DNA of 63,982 nt, filler included, from Dimargaris cristalligena (lineage: Eukaryota), in NCBI GenBank assembly GCA_003614675.1. It is 5 parts of 5 records of this genome, joined end to end, with 100 filler letters (N's around TTAATTAATTAA, not from the genome) between each part and the next. Parts side by side here need not be neighbours in the genome. Positions count along the whole stretch, not along the records: positions 53,197 to 63,982 come from ML003153.1; 4 more parts are not named here. The stretch is one strand, 5' to 3'. The notes under the pieces were generated by a model. That model saw only the letters and a list, made by a program, of their open reading frames with translations. It did not search any database and had not been told where the DNA came from. Shown here one piece after another: positions 62,853 to 63,982 of the stretch. The position numbers and the translations under genes are program-made. Position 1 is the stretch's first letter. Each line of letters opens with the position of its first letter.

Positions 62853-63982
62853 CTAATCGTAGTTGTAGATGGAGGACCCTGACGAAGTGCCGTAGTAGTC
62901 CGCATAGGTGTAATTGTCGTCGACCCGGCAAAAGATGTGTTCCAATAGTTGGGTCGCCGTGGGCCGGTCCTCCGGGTCGGGGTTAAAGCACAGTTTGAGC
63001 AGGCCGGCGCAGTCCGGGTGGATATCGTCGGGTAAGGGGGGTGCGCAGTTGGAGCCCAGCTTGTACATGGTCTGAATATCATTGAAGTTCTGCCACGGCC
63101 GCTGGCCCGTCCACATTTCCAAGACTAAGCAGCCGAAGCTCCACACATCAATCTTGGCGCTGTAGCCCGACGCCTGTACCACCTCGGGGGCCATCCAGAA
63201 AATGGAGCCCTGGAGCGACATGCGGGAGTTGCAGTCGTACGCCAACTCATAGTCATTCCGTTTGGAAATGCCAAAGTCCGATATCTTACACACACCCGCT
63301 TCATCCACCAGGATATTCGCCCCCTTGATATCTCGGTGAAGCACATTGTGGCTGTGGATGTACGCCAGGCCCCGCAGCGTCTGCTGGGAGAACGAGTGCA
63401 TGACGGGCTCGGCCAAGGGGCCGTGCTGCTTAATGAGGGAGGCGATGCTACCACCCGCCACATACTCGAGAAAAATATTCATTGTATTGTCGGCTACGTT
63501 AAACCCCAAGTACTGCACAATGTGTTCATAGTGAAAGTCCTTCAGGAACTCGGTCTCGTCGTACAGGGCCTTAATCATGGCCCGCTGCCTCGCGTTGATG
63601 ACGGCATTGGCGGTTTTGGGCAACTCAATCTGCTTAACTGCCATAAAGTCTCCCGTGGCCGCATTGATGGCGTGGTAGACCCGCCCGAACGATCCCTTGC
63701 CAATGAGACGGCCCTTGAGCCACTGGATTTTCACAGTCTGCATAGAGGCCGCCTGGTCCCCCACCACCGCAATAAGCGGTTCCAGCGTATTGCGTCGTTT
63801 GGCCGTGTCCGGTTGAGCGGGGCTAGGGGGGTCCGGGAGCGGCTCGTCCGCCGATGGTGGTTCACTGGGGACGCCCGCCGGGCGGGGACGTACTTCAGTA
63901 ACCTTGGCGCCCCAGAGACGAGTGGATGACCGTCGGAGGAGATTTGGTCGAGTGTCATCCCCGGGGGCGGGGCCAGGCGGAG
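62853..63982 (-). CDS. MAP kinase kinase kinase (Bck1/Ste11-like), C-terminal kinase domain; 5' end outside the window
   Basis: WLKGRLIGKGSFGRVY, MAVKQ, HRDIKGANILVD, KISDFGISK, SLQGSIFWMAPEV. Confidence 0.9.
   Translation of the reverse strand, partial: PPGPAPGDDTRPNLLRRSSTRLWGAKVTEVRPRPAGVPSEPPSADEPLPDPPSPAQPDTAKRRNTLEPLIAVVGDQAASMQTVKIQWLKGRLIGKGSFGRVYHAINAATGDFMAVKQIELPKTANAVINARQRAMIKALYDETEFLKDFHYEHIVQYLGFNVADNTMNIFLEYVAGGSIASLIKQHGPLAEPVMHSFSQQTLRGLAYIHSHNVLHRDIKGANILVDEAGVCKISDFGISKRNDYELAYDCNSRMSLQGSIFWMAPEVVQASGYSAKIDVWSFGCLVLEMWTGQRPWQNFNDIQTMYKLGSNCAPPLPDDIHPDCAGLLKLCFNPDPEDRPTATQLLEHIFCRVDDNYTYADYYGTSSGSSIYNYD

Noticed and set aside
1..63982. CRISPR arrays, rRNA or tRNA genes
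   Set aside because: No regularly spaced repeat-spacer array or recognisable structural RNA seen by eye; tRNAscan/Infernal would be needed to exclude small RNAs.

Overview
Eukaryotic, intron-containing fungal DNA. An early-diverging, Zoopagomycota-like origin is my inference from gene content, not something the sequence proves. The window is not one locus. It is five unrelated contigs joined by artificial 100-bp spacers (44 N + TTAATTAATTAA + 44 N) at 13242, 26577, 39898 and 53097. The complete contigs are 13235, 13221 and 13099 bp, i.e. sorted by size, so adjacency across spacers means nothing. Host genes: 7TM-RGS receptor, LSM12, VPS33, DBP3, POP1 (partial), glycogen phosphorylase, an F-box/LRR-like protein, V-ATPase subunit f/RNaseK (partial), NDUFB3, a tandem-NDK protein with a long low-complexity tail, a small secreted peptide, a degenerate uridine-kinase-like protein and a MAPKKK (partial). 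There is also a subtilisin-PA pseudogene. Contig 2 (13342-26576) is accessory DNA. It holds a Gypsy-like remnant, a CpG-retaining island of compact intronless foreign-looking genes (two APH/choline-kinase-fold genes and a Cys/His-motif pseudogene), and a structurally complete but decayed DIRS tyrosine-recombinase retroelement with ITRs and ICR. It also has a solo LTR, a MITE and a near-perfect inverted duplication. Repeats show strong CpG->TpG/CpA decay, which is strikingly asymmetric between the two ITRs of the DIRS element.
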